A model generated the notes under the pieces. The model searched no databases, had not been told where the DNA came from, and worked only from the letters and a program-made list of their open reading frames with translations. Of a stretch of 64,000 bases of DNA, positions 49,811 through 59,777 are shown piece by piece. Position 1 is the stretch's first letter. The number at the start of each line of letters is the position of its first letter. The stretch lies in the sequence record SRR20825006_505. The stretch is one strand, 5' to 3'. The translations under genes and the position numbers were made by a program.

Positions 49811-50851
49811 ATGAAGCCAGATGCGTTTGAGATTGGGGGCGAGCGCATTGCGCCCGGTGAGCGACGGACCGTCGATTTGCCCGTAAGCGTTTTGTCGGAT
49901 CACACACCGGTGACCATGTCCACCCATGTGATCCACGGCAAGCGCCCTGGCCCATCTATCTTTGTGAGCGCTGCCATTCATGGCGATGAGGTGATTGGCG
50001 TGGAGATTGTGCGCCGGGTGCTGCAATCGCCAAAATTGCGCGGCCTGCGCGGCACATTGATCTGCATTCCCATCGTCAATGCATTTGGCTTTATCAATCA
50101 TTCGCGCTATTTGCCTGATAGGCGCGACCTTAATCGCTGTTTTCCGGGATCTGAAACCGGATCGCTGGCGGGCCGTTTGGCACATTTGTTTATCACGGAG
50201 ATCGTAAAACGGTGTGACTATGGTATCGATTTGCACTCTGCGGCGAGCAACCGCGACAACTATCCGCAAATTCGTGTGACGCCCGGGCGCCCTAAGCTGA
50301 CCGAGATGGCGCATATGTTTGGCGCACCGATTATGTTGAAATCGAAAGTGCGTGAAGGCTCGCTCCGCGAAGCCTCATCGATGCTGGATTGCGATGTGCT
50401 GCTATATGAAGCTGGCGGCGGCTTGCGGTTCGACGAATTTGCAGTACGTGTGGGCACCACTGGCGTGCTGCGCACACTGCATGGTCTCGGGATGATTTCT
50501 GGCAAACCGATTGCCCCATCAAAAGCAAAACCACTGCATTGCAGTGGCAGCCATTGGCTGCGTTCGCCTGCTGGCGGCTTGCTGCGGACCTATAAACGGT
50601 GCGGCGACACGGTGAGCGATGGTGACATTCTGGGTGTCGTTTCGGACCCGTTTGGCGAGGTGGAAACGCCCATTTCAGCTCATGGTGATGGGGTGATTAT
50701 TGGCCGGAGCGAATTGCCGATTGTGAATGAAGGCGATGCGATTTTTCACGTGGCGCAGCCAGCGCGCAACCGCAATGCGGAAACTGCGCTGGACCAATAT
50801 ACCGCCGATGTGGAAGGCTCCACCCTGTTCGACGAAGACGAGATTATCTAA
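49811..50851 (+). CDS. Succinylglutamate desuccinylase / aspartoacylase (M14) family deacylase
   Basis: AAIHGDE, DLNRCFPG, IDLHS, YEAG; 6 bp downstream of rimK. Confidence 0.9.
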   Translation: MKPDAFEIGGERIAPGERRTVDLPVSVLSDHTPVTMSTHVIHGKRPGPSIFVSAAIHGDEVIGVEIVRRVLQSPKLRGLRGTLICIPIVNAFGFINHSRYLPDRRDLNRCFPGSETGSLAGRLAHLFITEIVKRCDYGIDLHSAASNRDNYPQIRVTPGRPKLTEMAHMFGAPIMLKSKVREGSLREASSMLDCDVLLYEAGGGLRFDEFAVRVGTTGVLRTLHGLGMISGKPIAPSKAKPLHCSGSHWLRSPAGGLLRTYKRCGDTVSDGDILGVVSDPFGEVETPISAHGDGVIIGRSELPIVNEGDAIFHVAQPARNRNAETALDQYTADVEGSTLFDEDEII

Positions 50852-50860
50852 AGGCCGATC

Positions 50861-53281
50861 CTAGCTTTCAGACTTATCATCCGACTTTGGCTTAGACCGC
50901 GTGCGCGGCTTGCTAGGCGTTGCGCCTTTGCCTGTGAGTTGTGCCAGAATCTTTGGGTCTGCCGTGCGCAAATTAAGGTCGCGTTGTGGGAATGGAATTT
51001 CCACTTTTGCCTCACGGAATGCATGATCAATGGCGAACAACAAATCGGTCTGCACACGCGGATAGATCGTATAATCATTCACGTGTATGCGTAGTTGGAA
51101 ATTGATGGAGCTATCGCCAAAGCCCTCAAAGAACACAAAGGGTTCTGGGCGTTTGAGCACATTGTCATGATCGTGCGCGAGCTCCAGCAAAATCTCGCGC
51201 ACCAATTCCAAATCGCTGCCATAGGCGACGCCGATGGGAATATCCACCCGGCCTGACCGGATTTTGTGTGTCCAGTTGCCCACAGGCGCGTTGATGAAAT
51301 CGGCATTGGGAATGATGATGGTTTGGTTGTGGATCGTGTTGATCTCCGTAGCGCGGACACTGATTTTTGACACGGTGCCAGAAAAACCGCTCGCCTGCAC
51401 AAAGTCACCAACTTTAATTGGCCGTTCGACCAGCATAATCAATCCGGACACAAAGTTTGACACCACATTTTGCAAGCCAAAACCAATGCCCAAGGACAAG
51501 GCACCAGCAACGATGGCCAAGCTGCCTAAATCGACCCCTGCCCCGGTGATGCCCAAAAAGATGGAGAGTGCGATCCCCACATAGCCAACGCCTGTACGGA
51601 TGGAGTCTTTTACCCCATTGTCGGCGCGCGTCCGCTCCAACACTGTGTTGCCCAGCCAGCTTTGGAAAACACGGGTGACTGCCAAGCCTAAGGCAAAGAT
51701 GATGATGCCATAAAATATGCTGGCGAGTGAAAACTCAAAGCTGCCAATTTGAATGCCGATGATGGCTTGGCGCACCCATGCCACCAAATCTTCGACACGA
51801 GAGCCCCATTGCAACAGAATTGCGGGGATTGCTGCCATCAACACCAGCACAAAAAAGCCAATGCCTGCAAAGAGCGCATATTGGTCCAGATCGCTCTCTT
51901 CAATTGAGAAGCGCTGCTGCACCCACTGCCCTAGGCGCGTTGGGGCGAGAACGCCGGGTTTACCCACTTCGTGGGATAGCAGATAGCCAAGAAAGGCGGT
52001 GACCAAGATGGTGCCGGTGACGACCAATTGCTGCGCCATAAAGCGTGCGAGGCCAATATAACCAGCAACAGCCGCGAGAATGATGGCGATGGAGGCGAGC
52101 AAGAGCGGGATGCGTACCCATGGCGGCAAGCTGCGGGACACTTCGTCTTCCCGCTTGTCGCGTACACGCGCCAATGCCAGCAGCAGCACGGCAATCAACA
52201 CTGCCGCCAAGAAACTGTTACCGATGGTGAAAGCCAAGGGCGCATTGACCAGTTGGCCCAATTGGCGTGCCAGATAATCCAGCGCATGAACGATGGCCAG
52301 CGTGCTGACCAGCAAATGCATCCGCTTGGCGGCAAAGCTGGAAATGGGCAATAGCCGCAATTCAGAATTGTTGGGTGCGAACAGGGCGTGGCTGAGCCGC
52401 AACGCAAACGACACCCCAAAGACCACCAAAAACAGGGTGCGGACAAATATCCGCAATTCAGTGGTGAACAATGCTGCAAAGTCGATGGCCCAATAGCCTA
52501 GCGCCAACGCCAAGGCCAGCAGGCCAGAAGGCACAATTGTGCTGACAAAGGGCCGCAGCAATGCGTTTAAGCGTGTGGCGCTTGACGAGAGATAGCTTTT
52601 TGCGCGTTTAGAAAGCACAACCGATCCCGCCAGCAAAATGGCGAAGAAGGAGAATACGATGGCGAATGGGCGCGGATCGGGCGCGACCTTTACGGCCCAC
52701 CAGGTACGCAATTTGGATTGCAAGCGGGTGAAGGTGGTAATGCTGTCGCCCGAGATACTGGCCAGCAAATCAATGGTGATGGGTGAGCGTTGAGAAAGGC
52801 GATTGGTGAACACTTGCCGCCGCAGCTTTGCAATTTCTTCAAATGCAGCGTCGATTTTTTGCTCAAGCTCCTGCGCGCGCGTGGTGACGATGCGTAAATC
52901 TTGCCGCTGGTCTTTAGCGTCTTTCCGCTCTTCCGCAATCTGCGGGCTTTCCTTTTCGCCTTCGGCAGGCTCCGGCCCCAGTGCATCAAGTTGGCTGGTG
53001 AGCACAGCGAGCTGATCTTCAACAGGTTTGACGATTTCCTCAATCTCGGGCTGCACATCCAACAAGCGAGACCGCGCATTGATCAGGGAATTATCATTAT
53101 CTGCGTTTTCGATGGTGCCAGCAATACGCTCAATCCGAATTTCGATCTGATCGAGCTGTTCAAGCTTTTGTTCGACTTCAACAATTTGCGCGCTGGACAT
53201 GCTGACCAGCATCGCCAAGGCGAGCAAAGGAATGATGATGGAACGCCACGCTGATAAAGCGACAAAACTGAGTATTTTCAT
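50861..53281 (-). CDS. Large MscS-family mechanosensitive channel with periplasmic coiled-coil
   Basis: GALSLGIGFGLQN.V.NFVSG, ERPIKVGD, IIPN, GVAYGSD, IPFPQRD. Confidence 0.92.
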   Translation of the reverse strand: MKILSFVALSAWRSIIIPLLALAMLVSMSSAQIVEVEQKLEQLDQIEIRIERIAGTIENADNDNSLINARSRLLDVQPEIEEIVKPVEDQLAVLTSQLDALGPEPAEGEKESPQIAEERKDAKDQRQDLRIVTTRAQELEQKIDAAFEEIAKLRRQVFTNRLSQRSPITIDLLASISGDSITTFTRLQSKLRTWWAVKVAPDPRPFAIVFSFFAILLAGSVVLSKRAKSYLSSSATRLNALLRPFVSTIVPSGLLALALALGYWAIDFAALFTTELRIFVRTLFLVVFGVSFALRLSHALFAPNNSELRLLPISSFAAKRMHLLVSTLAIVHALDYLARQLGQLVNAPLAFTIGNSFLAAVLIAVLLLALARVRDKREDEVSRSLPPWVRIPLLLASIAIILAAVAGYIGLARFMAQQLVVTGTILVTAFLGYLLSHEVGKPGVLAPTRLGQWVQQRFSIEESDLDQYALFAGIGFFVLVLMAAIPAILLQWGSRVEDLVAWVRQAIIGIQIGSFEFSLASIFYGIIIFALGLAVTRVFQSWLGNTVLERTRADNGVKDSIRTGVGYVGIALSIFLGITGAGVDLGSLAIVAGALSLGIGFGLQNVVSNFVSGLIMLVERPIKVGDFVQASGFSGTVSKISVRATEINTIHNQTIIIPNADFINAPVGNWTHKIRSGRVDIPIGVAYGSDLELVREILLELAHDHDNVLKRPEPFVFFEGFGDSSINFQLRIHVNDYTIYPRVQTDLLFAIDHAFREAKVEIPFPQRDLNLRTADPKILAQLTGKGATPSKPRTRSKPKSDDKSES

Positions 53282-53356
53282 AAAAAGAATTTAGGCCGGG
53301 TGCCAAATTTTGGCAACTCGAATTCGCGCCATTCCACGCAAAGCTGTTGTGGCTGT

Positions 53357-53641
53357 TTATGAATTTACGCCGATGATTTCTGCTGCTGACGACAAATGCT
53401 GCTGCGCATCGCTCAGGGCATTGGCCTGACACAAATCAGTTGCTGCCACGAGCGCTTCAATCAATTCATTAAATTGCTCAGCATCTAGCTGAACAGCAAG
53501 TGACTGGGTTTCGATGGCTTGGACGTGATCCAAACAGGCCTGCTTAGACGCAAAGGCTGTTTCAGCCTGGGCCGAAAATGCTGTCAGCATGCCCCCAAAC
53601 AGGGTGGCGACCAACAATATGGATCTCTTTCTCGTGTTCAT
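53357..53641 (-). CDS. Small secreted helical protein with two Cys (94 aa)
   Basis: Sec signal MNTRKRSILLVATLFGGMLTAFSAQA; paired Cys in the mature part. Confidence 0.7.
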   Translation of the reverse strand: MNTRKRSILLVATLFGGMLTAFSAQAETAFASKQACLDHVQAIETQSLAVQLDAEQFNELIEALVAATDLCQANALSDAQQHLSSAAEIIGVNS

Positions 53642-53810
53642 TTTGCCTATCTCGCTTCGCCGCTGTCTCTTATGTAACGCAACAGACGAGCAATTGGTTT
53701 CTTTGGCCATGATATGGGGCCGAGATTTAGTCTTTTTGAGGGCGAATATTTGCCCTCACTCAAATGATTTATAAGTGTGATTTAATTGTCGCACCCGCTT
53801 ACTTACGGGC

Positions 53811-54671
53811 TTATGAATTGGCTGCTCCTTTCGACAAGATTTCATCAATAGTAGCACCAGAAATACTGTTGCTCAAACTGCGCATATCGCCGCTCTCGAA
53901 CATTTGTTGCGCGGCATCATAGATAATTTTGTGCACGGCACGGGCCAGGCTGCTGCCCAAGCTGATCCGCGTGACGCCAATTTCGCCAAAATCCGCCACG
54001 CTATATTTGGTGAATGGCCCTGCACACAGAGCATTCACTGGCACATTTACGCTGCGCACAATGGTTTTCAAATCGTCGAAGCTTTGCGGCATCGGCACAT
54101 AAATCACATCAGCGCCCGCTTGCTCGAACGCCTTGATGCGTCGCAGCGCTTCATCCAAATCATAGGCCCCTGTCATCAACCCATCTGCCCGTGCAGTGAG
54201 GGTGAAGGTGCTATTGTGATCGGTACAGGCCGCTTTTTTGGCAGCAACTGTGGCTTCAATGCGCGTTACCGCTTCTTCAAAGGCATAGGGCTTTTGCGTC
54301 GGGAACTGGATATCTTCAATGCCGCAGCCAGCAAGCCCCTTCTCCACAGATTGGCGCACGGTTGCTTCAACATCTTGCAGCTGATCACCAAAGCCGTTTT
54401 CGAGATCGGCATTTACGGGCAATGGCGTTGCGCCATTTATGTCCGCCGCATGATCAATTGCCTCTTGGCGGCAGATTTGCCCACCGTCTGGACGGCCCAA
54501 AGTGAACGCATGAGCGGCGGATGATGTGGCCAATGCCTCAGCCCCAAGCGCTGCCATCATTTGCGCGGTGCCCGCATCCCAAACATTTGCCAAAATAAAT
54601 GGGCCTTTTTGGTGCAGGTCGGCGAATTTTTGCGCTTTTGCCTTTTGTTGGGCGACAGATTGGTCTGACAT
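53811..54671 (-). CDS. Isocitrate lyase / PEP mutase superfamily protein
   Basis: NVWDAG, ATSS, PVNADLENGF, GCGIED, TARAD, AGADVIY. Confidence 0.9.
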   Translation of the reverse strand: MSDQSVAQQKAKAQKFADLHQKGPFILANVWDAGTAQMMAALGAEALATSSAAHAFTLGRPDGGQICRQEAIDHAADINGATPLPVNADLENGFGDQLQDVEATVRQSVEKGLAGCGIEDIQFPTQKPYAFEEAVTRIEATVAAKKAACTDHNSTFTLTARADGLMTGAYDLDEALRRIKAFEQAGADVIYVPMPQSFDDLKTIVRSVNVPVNALCAGPFTKYSVADFGEIGVTRISLGSSLARAVHKIIYDAAQQMFESGDMRSLSNSISGATIDEILSKGAANS

Positions 54672-54880
54672 AAAGCAACCTTTGCGGAGTCAATGACGTA
54701 AAAAATCATCACCAGTTTGGCGCAATCAATTGGGTTTGACAATCGAAAGCCAAACACATGCACCAAAGCAAATATTAACCTTAGCGTGAATTAGTTTAGC
54801 TAAATCCCTGATGTTAAACCCTATTGTCATAAGCGGCCGATAAATTTGTATCATGTGAAGGTAAATTTGGGGACGAGGAA

Positions 54881-55825
54881 ATGCTCGATCGACGGATTGA
54901 CGGGGTTTTGACCGACTGGAAGGCGCACTATGCCAGCCTGTTCGGGCAGCATCCCTTACGCTTACAACATAGATTGGCAGATACGGGCCTGTTCACTGAC
55001 GAAGCGCTTGAAAGCATTTTGGAAAATGTGGATCGGCAGGATTATCACGTCAATTATATGGACCCGAACACGGGCGTTCGCCGCGAAGGTGAATTTGGCA
55101 AGGCCAGCGGCAAAGAGATTTTGGACGCGGTGAAGAGCGGCAATATTTGGATCAACTTGCGGGCGCCGGGACGGCAAAACCCAGCATTTGATGACATGTT
55201 GCGCGCTATCTATGATGATTTTGAGAAACATGTGCCGGGTTTAAAAACCTATAAGCAAAACATGACCATCTTGATTTCCTCGCCTAATGTGCGGGTGAAA
55301 TATCACGTGGACGTGCCGGGCCAATCGCTTTGGCAAGTGCGTGGTCGTAAGAAGGTTTTTGTTTATCCAGCGGAAGCACCCTTTTTGAGCCCGAATGGGA
55401 TTGAAAAGGTGGTGATCAACGAAGCGCATGAAACCGATATCCAGTTTCAAGAATGGTATGATGACTACGCCACCATTTATGATTTGGAACCAGGCGAAAT
55501 GCTGCATTGGCCGCTGAACTGCCCACACCGGGTGGATAATTATGATTGCATGAACGTGTCTGTAACCACAGAACATTGGACAGATGCGTTGCGGAACAAA
55601 TATGCGGTGAACTTCGCCAATGGTATGCTGCGCAAGATGGGCATGAACAATCTCGATCGCGGCACTCGGGGGTTGAAATTTTATACCAAGCTGGCTTTGG
55701 CCGGCGCGGTGAAGTTTTCTGGTATCCAGCGTAAAGATGTTAAACCTTACACGGTAGATTTTGCAGTTGATCCCAATTCGCCAGACGGCGTGAAGGATAT
55801 TACGGCTTATCAATTCACTAAATAG
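54881..55825 (+). CDS. JmjC / cupin-like Fe(II)/2-oxoglutarate oxygenase
   Basis: ISSP....YHVD....LWQVRGRK and LEPGE.LHWP...PHRV give an HxD...H facial triad. Confidence 0.8.
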   Translation: MLDRRIDGVLTDWKAHYASLFGQHPLRLQHRLADTGLFTDEALESILENVDRQDYHVNYMDPNTGVRREGEFGKASGKEILDAVKSGNIWINLRAPGRQNPAFDDMLRAIYDDFEKHVPGLKTYKQNMTILISSPNVRVKYHVDVPGQSLWQVRGRKKVFVYPAEAPFLSPNGIEKVVINEAHETDIQFQEWYDDYATIYDLEPGEMLHWPLNCPHRVDNYDCMNVSVTTEHWTDALRNKYAVNFANGMLRKMGMNNLDRGTRGLKFYTKLALAGAVKFSGIQRKDVKPYTVDFAVDPNSPDGVKDITAYQFTK

Positions 55826-55846
55826 CTTCGGGGCTAGGGCTATAAA

Positions 55847-56980
55847 ATGACCTTTACAACAAAGGTGTTGCGCACAGCCGATGAAATCTGTGCGATGAAA
55901 GAACAATGGATGGCTTTGGAAAAACGGTCACAGGGGACCCATATTTTCCAAAGCTACGATCTAAGCAAACATGTGCTAAACCTCACAGGGCGGGAACATG
56001 AGAACGCCTATTATGTGATTTGTGTGCTGGAGGCCGACAAGCTTGTCGGCCTTTTGCCTTTAGTGGTGTGGCACAAGAAGGGACGCAAAATTCTGACCGG
56101 CTTTTCGGAGCCCTATCAGCAATATACGGAAATGCTGTGCGATCCAGATTGTGATCCCAAACAGGTTTTTGAGCAGATGCAAAGCTGCTTTAAAGACAGT
56201 GGTGCTGATTATGTGCATTTGGGGCAAGTGCGGCATGATGGGCCGCTTTTTGCTGGCTGCGAAAGCTGTTTTGACCATTCGGAAGAAGAAAAGGCGGCGC
56301 CTTTTGTCGATTTGACCCAGTGGGAAGATTATGACGGCTATTACAACCATTTGAAGCGCGCTACCCGCAAACGCATCCGCAATGGCTATAACCGCTTTGA
56401 CCGGATGGGCACATTGGACCATGTGCATGGCAGCGACCGTGAGCTTTTGGTGAGCGTGATCGACCGTTCTTACGAAGGTCGTGTGGATTGGCAGCGCCGA
56501 TTGGGGCTAACGTCACGTGCCTTCCAGGATGATGCCTTCAGAGAGTTTCTGGATCGCTTTAAAGATTCAGATGATCAGAACCTCAAAGTTGCGGCCTTCT
56601 GCTTTATGCTGAATGGCGAGCCTGTGGCTGATCAATGGGGCTTTATCTATGACGATTGCTATTATGCCTATATGTCCACCTGGGACGAGGAGAAGGCAAC
56701 GGCAGGACCCGGCAAGCTTCATTTGGGTGAAGTGATCAAATCTTGCTACGAGCTTGGCTTGAAACGCGTCGACTTTTTGATCCCGTCTGTTCAATATAAA
56801 ATGGTGTATGCCACTGGCGAAGTTGAAGCGAGTGACTTTATTAAGCCATTGAATGGCAAAGGCTATCTCTATGCCAATATTTGGTTGAAGCAGGTGCGCC
56901 CAAAGCTGAAAGCGATTATGCAGGCCATGCCCGCAGAGCAACGCAAGAAGATTATCAACACGGTGTTTAACCGGAAATAA
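55847..56980 (+). CDS. GNAT-family acyltransferase (CelD/BcsL-like)
   Basis: W..LE......FQS, LVGLLPL, TRKRIR...R, GPGKLH, DFL....YK. Confidence 0.8.
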   Translation: MTFTTKVLRTADEICAMKEQWMALEKRSQGTHIFQSYDLSKHVLNLTGREHENAYYVICVLEADKLVGLLPLVVWHKKGRKILTGFSEPYQQYTEMLCDPDCDPKQVFEQMQSCFKDSGADYVHLGQVRHDGPLFAGCESCFDHSEEEKAAPFVDLTQWEDYDGYYNHLKRATRKRIRNGYNRFDRMGTLDHVHGSDRELLVSVIDRSYEGRVDWQRRLGLTSRAFQDDAFREFLDRFKDSDDQNLKVAAFCFMLNGEPVADQWGFIYDDCYYAYMSTWDEEKATAGPGKLHLGEVIKSCYELGLKRVDFLIPSVQYKMVYATGEVEASDFIKPLNGKGYLYANIWLKQVRPKLKAIMQAMPAEQRKKIINTVFNRK

Positions 56981-57048
56981 GTGCTGCGTTAGCAAGAAAT
57001 ATACGTGATGTGCGCTAGGTGTGGCGCACATTTTGTTTGGAGAACTTT

Positions 57049-58371
57049 ATGGGTGAACGCCGCCAATTGGCTTCTAAATCAGCATTGATCTTCGCTGTAC
57101 GCATTGGTGGCGCGGGCGTGATTTTTCTTGCACAAGCCATGATTGCGCGCCTTTGGGGGGCCGCCCAGCTTGGCGAATATTTGCTCGCCATCGCCGCTGC
57201 TAATTTGATGGCAATTGCGCTGCCCCTTGGCTTCCAAACAGTCGGCTCCTATTTCGCTGCAGAATATAAAGCCAAAAATGATGGCACCACTCTCTCCCGC
57301 TTTGCTGTGCTCGCCTATGGCATGGCGATTTTTCCGGGATTGGCGCTGCTCTACATTGTTGGCCAGCTGATCCATTTGATTGGTCCTGCCGGGACTTTGC
57401 TGCAAAGCATTTGGCCCACCATCGCCATGATGGCGTTTGGCACGGCAATTGTGAATTTGAACGGGGCCATTCTGGTCGGGTTGAAAAAGCCGTTTTTCGG
57501 CTTGTTTGCCGATACGATTTTCCGCCCGCTCTTTATTGTGCTAGGCATTTTGATCGTGCTGTTTATCGGCGTGGAAGATGACCGCGTTGGCGCGTTGATC
57601 TGGTGGGTGGCGATTTTCTATCTCGGCTTGGCCATGCTGCACTTTTTTGTGACGATCAAGGCGATTAGAGAGTTGCCGCGCGACACGGAAATGCCAGCCA
57701 AAGAAATGCAGCGTTGGTGGGTTTATGCCCTGCCCTGGATTATCGTTGCGCTCAGCTCTGATTTCTTTTTTGATATTGACCTGCTGCTGCTTTCTGGCTT
57801 GCTGGACAAGGAGCAAATTGCGATTTTCGGGGTCTGCGCACGGATATTCGTGCTGGCCTCCTTCGGCATTATCGCCATTGGCGCTGTGGTGTCGCCAGAT
57901 TTGCTGGACGCAGAAGAAAAGAAGGATTTTGCGGCGCTTGAGGCGAAGATTGGCGATGCCAATTTGGTCGGCACCGGGCTGGCCATTGTGTTGACCATTG
58001 GCGTGATGATTTTCAGCCCTCTCGTATTTTATTTCTTCGGGCCGGAATTTAATCAGGGTGTGATGCCACTGACCATTTTGTGCAGCGCGCTGATCGCGCG
58101 GGCCGCGTTTGGCCCAGGCGCAGTGATCCTTTCGTCGCGCAAAAAGCCATATGCCAGCTTGCCTGCCATATTGTTGGGTTTGGTGGTGCTTTTGGTGGCG
58201 AATTATATTTTGGTGCCTATGTTCGGGCTGGTCGGCGCAGCCAGCGCGGCGGCTATTTCCTTTATCATTGGCGCGGGTGCCATTTGGCTAACCACATGGC
58301 GGCTAACCGGGCTTAATGTTTCTTTGGCCCCTGCGGTGAAGAAATATCTTGTGCGTGACACCCAGAGTTAA
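57049..58371 (+). CDS. Polysaccharide flippase (Wzx / MOP superfamily)
   Basis: Many TM helices; ARLWG....G.Y, D..LL.......AIF, FG.EF, N..LVP.FG..GAA.A. Start set at ATG 57049. Confidence 0.82.
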   Translation: MGERRQLASKSALIFAVRIGGAGVIFLAQAMIARLWGAAQLGEYLLAIAAANLMAIALPLGFQTVGSYFAAEYKAKNDGTTLSRFAVLAYGMAIFPGLALLYIVGQLIHLIGPAGTLLQSIWPTIAMMAFGTAIVNLNGAILVGLKKPFFGLFADTIFRPLFIVLGILIVLFIGVEDDRVGALIWWVAIFYLGLAMLHFFVTIKAIRELPRDTEMPAKEMQRWWVYALPWIIVALSSDFFFDIDLLLLSGLLDKEQIAIFGVCARIFVLASFGIIAIGAVVSPDLLDAEEKKDFAALEAKIGDANLVGTGLAIVLTIGVMIFSPLVFYFFGPEFNQGVMPLTILCSALIARAAFGPGAVILSSRKKPYASLPAILLGLVVLLVANYILVPMFGLVGAASAAAISFIIGAGAIWLTTWRLTGLNVSLAPAVKKYLVRDTQS

Positions 58372-58373
58372 AT

Positions 58374-59063
58374 CTAGAAATATGCCAGTGGATCGACGCC
58401 GATCACGGGGCCGTGGGCGTGTAAAATCGCCATATAAGCGATGATGCCGACCACAAGCTCAATGGCCAATTGCCAATCCAAAGCACGACGAGCACGCTGT
58501 GACCAGCTGCCTGCTTCTTTTTGTTTGGCCAATGCGTAATCTTCTGCACTGAGCTTTTTCGGCTTCGACGTGTTTAGTCGCACAATGCCCAGCACCGAGA
58601 ATGCCAGCATTATGCCAAACAGCAAGATATTGGCCAGCTCGCCATTGACCAAAATGTGTGCGAACGCCCATAGGCCAAAGGCCGTGATGATCGGGTGCCG
58701 CACCAATGCGAGAATGCCAGGATGGGCCACTTCTTGCTGAAGGTTGCGACGAAATGACACTGAAAGTGAGTTGGACCGCGCGGCGCCCATGACGAACAGG
58801 ATGATGGCGACCAGCATAAGTGCCATGGCGATGCGCACCGTGAATGGATCAGGCGCATAAAAAATGGTGCGCGGCGCACGCAGAGCGGCGGAAACCAGCC
58901 ACACCAAAAGCACGGTTGAAAAGATCGAATAGCCAATTATGTATGTTTTTCGGCTGGTTAGCGAAATGATCTTGCCGCGAAGGTCGCCAATTTGTGGCAA
59001 GATGTGCGCAAACAAAAACACGAAAAGAGCGAGCGAAAATTCAAGCATAATCCCAGCGTCCAC
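58374..59063 (-). CDS. NnrU-family membrane protein
   Basis: FL.AH..P, YS..S, GI....RHP....F..WA..H...NG, HG..IGV.PL. Confidence 0.85.
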   Translation of the reverse strand: MDAGIMLEFSLALFVFLFAHILPQIGDLRGKIISLTSRKTYIIGYSIFSTVLLVWLVSAALRAPRTIFYAPDPFTVRIAMALMLVAIILFVMGAARSNSLSVSFRRNLQQEVAHPGILALVRHPIITAFGLWAFAHILVNGELANILLFGIMLAFSVLGIVRLNTSKPKKLSAEDYALAKQKEAGSWSQRARRALDWQLAIELVVGIIAYMAILHAHGPVIGVDPLAYF

Positions 59064-59245
59064 TTTGAAAATCTACTCTTTGTAGAACACAGGGATCGCA
59101 ACATATGCAATGGCAAACGCCACCTGATGGGTGTGACACCAGCGCACAGCTTATGCGGTTACTACGCAATTTCGGGTTGATTTAGATTTGAGTTTTCTCA
59201 GCGATCGCCTTATGATGAGGTTAAATCTCAAGTTAGGACAAAGCC

Positions 59246-59713
59246 ATGCGTTTAACTAAACAGTCCAATTATGCTGTGCGCATTCTGATGTATTGCGCCA
59301 GCAATGAGAAATTGAGCAAGATTTCTGACATTGCTGAGTTTTATGACATCTCAGAAACCTTTCTTTTCAAGATCTTACAGATTTTGAATGCATCTGGCTT
59401 TGTGGAAACGGTGCGTGGTCGCCATGGGGGCATCAAGCTCAAACGCCCTGCTGATGAGATTGGCTTGGGCGAAGTGATCCGCGCAACGGAAGATAATTTC
59501 GACATGGCAGAATGTTTTGATCTCGAATCGAACACCTGCCCGCTGATCGGCACTTGCGGCTTCAACCATGCGCTTTATCGCGCCCTAAATGCGTTTTTCG
59601 ATGTGCTGGATGAATATAATATCGCCGACCTTACTGACAATCGTCGCAATATTCGTGTGCTGTTGGAATTGGACAGCGCCGTGCGCAGCGCGCCAAAACG
59701 CGTTGAAGCATAA
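59246..59713 (+). CDS. rirA: Rrf2-family Fe-S regulator, RirA-like
   Basis: MRLTKQSNYAVRILMYCA, FLFKILQ, TVRGRHGG, AECF...CPL..C...AL..ALNAFF.VL. Confidence 0.8.
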   Translation: MRLTKQSNYAVRILMYCASNEKLSKISDIAEFYDISETFLFKILQILNASGFVETVRGRHGGIKLKRPADEIGLGEVIRATEDNFDMAECFDLESNTCPLIGTCGFNHALYRALNAFFDVLDEYNIADLTDNRRNIRVLLELDSAVRSAPKRVEA

Positions 59714-59777
59714 TCGTTTGTAATTAGGGGCGAACTAATAGATACTGCAACCTATTGATCGGTTGCGGATTTATTTA

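Noticed and set aside
54770-54820. CtrA-like half sites upstream of the JmjC operon
   Set aside because: TTAA-type half sites are present but none has correct N7 spacing with at most one mismatch.
59216-59230. TGA-N9-TCA IRO-like site upstream of rirA
   Set aside because: Only 6 informative bases match; too weak without comparative data.
58374-59713. NnrU plus Rrf2 read as an NsrR nitric-oxide module
   Set aside because: The Rrf2 sequence matches RirA rather than NsrR, and no denitrification genes are adjacent.
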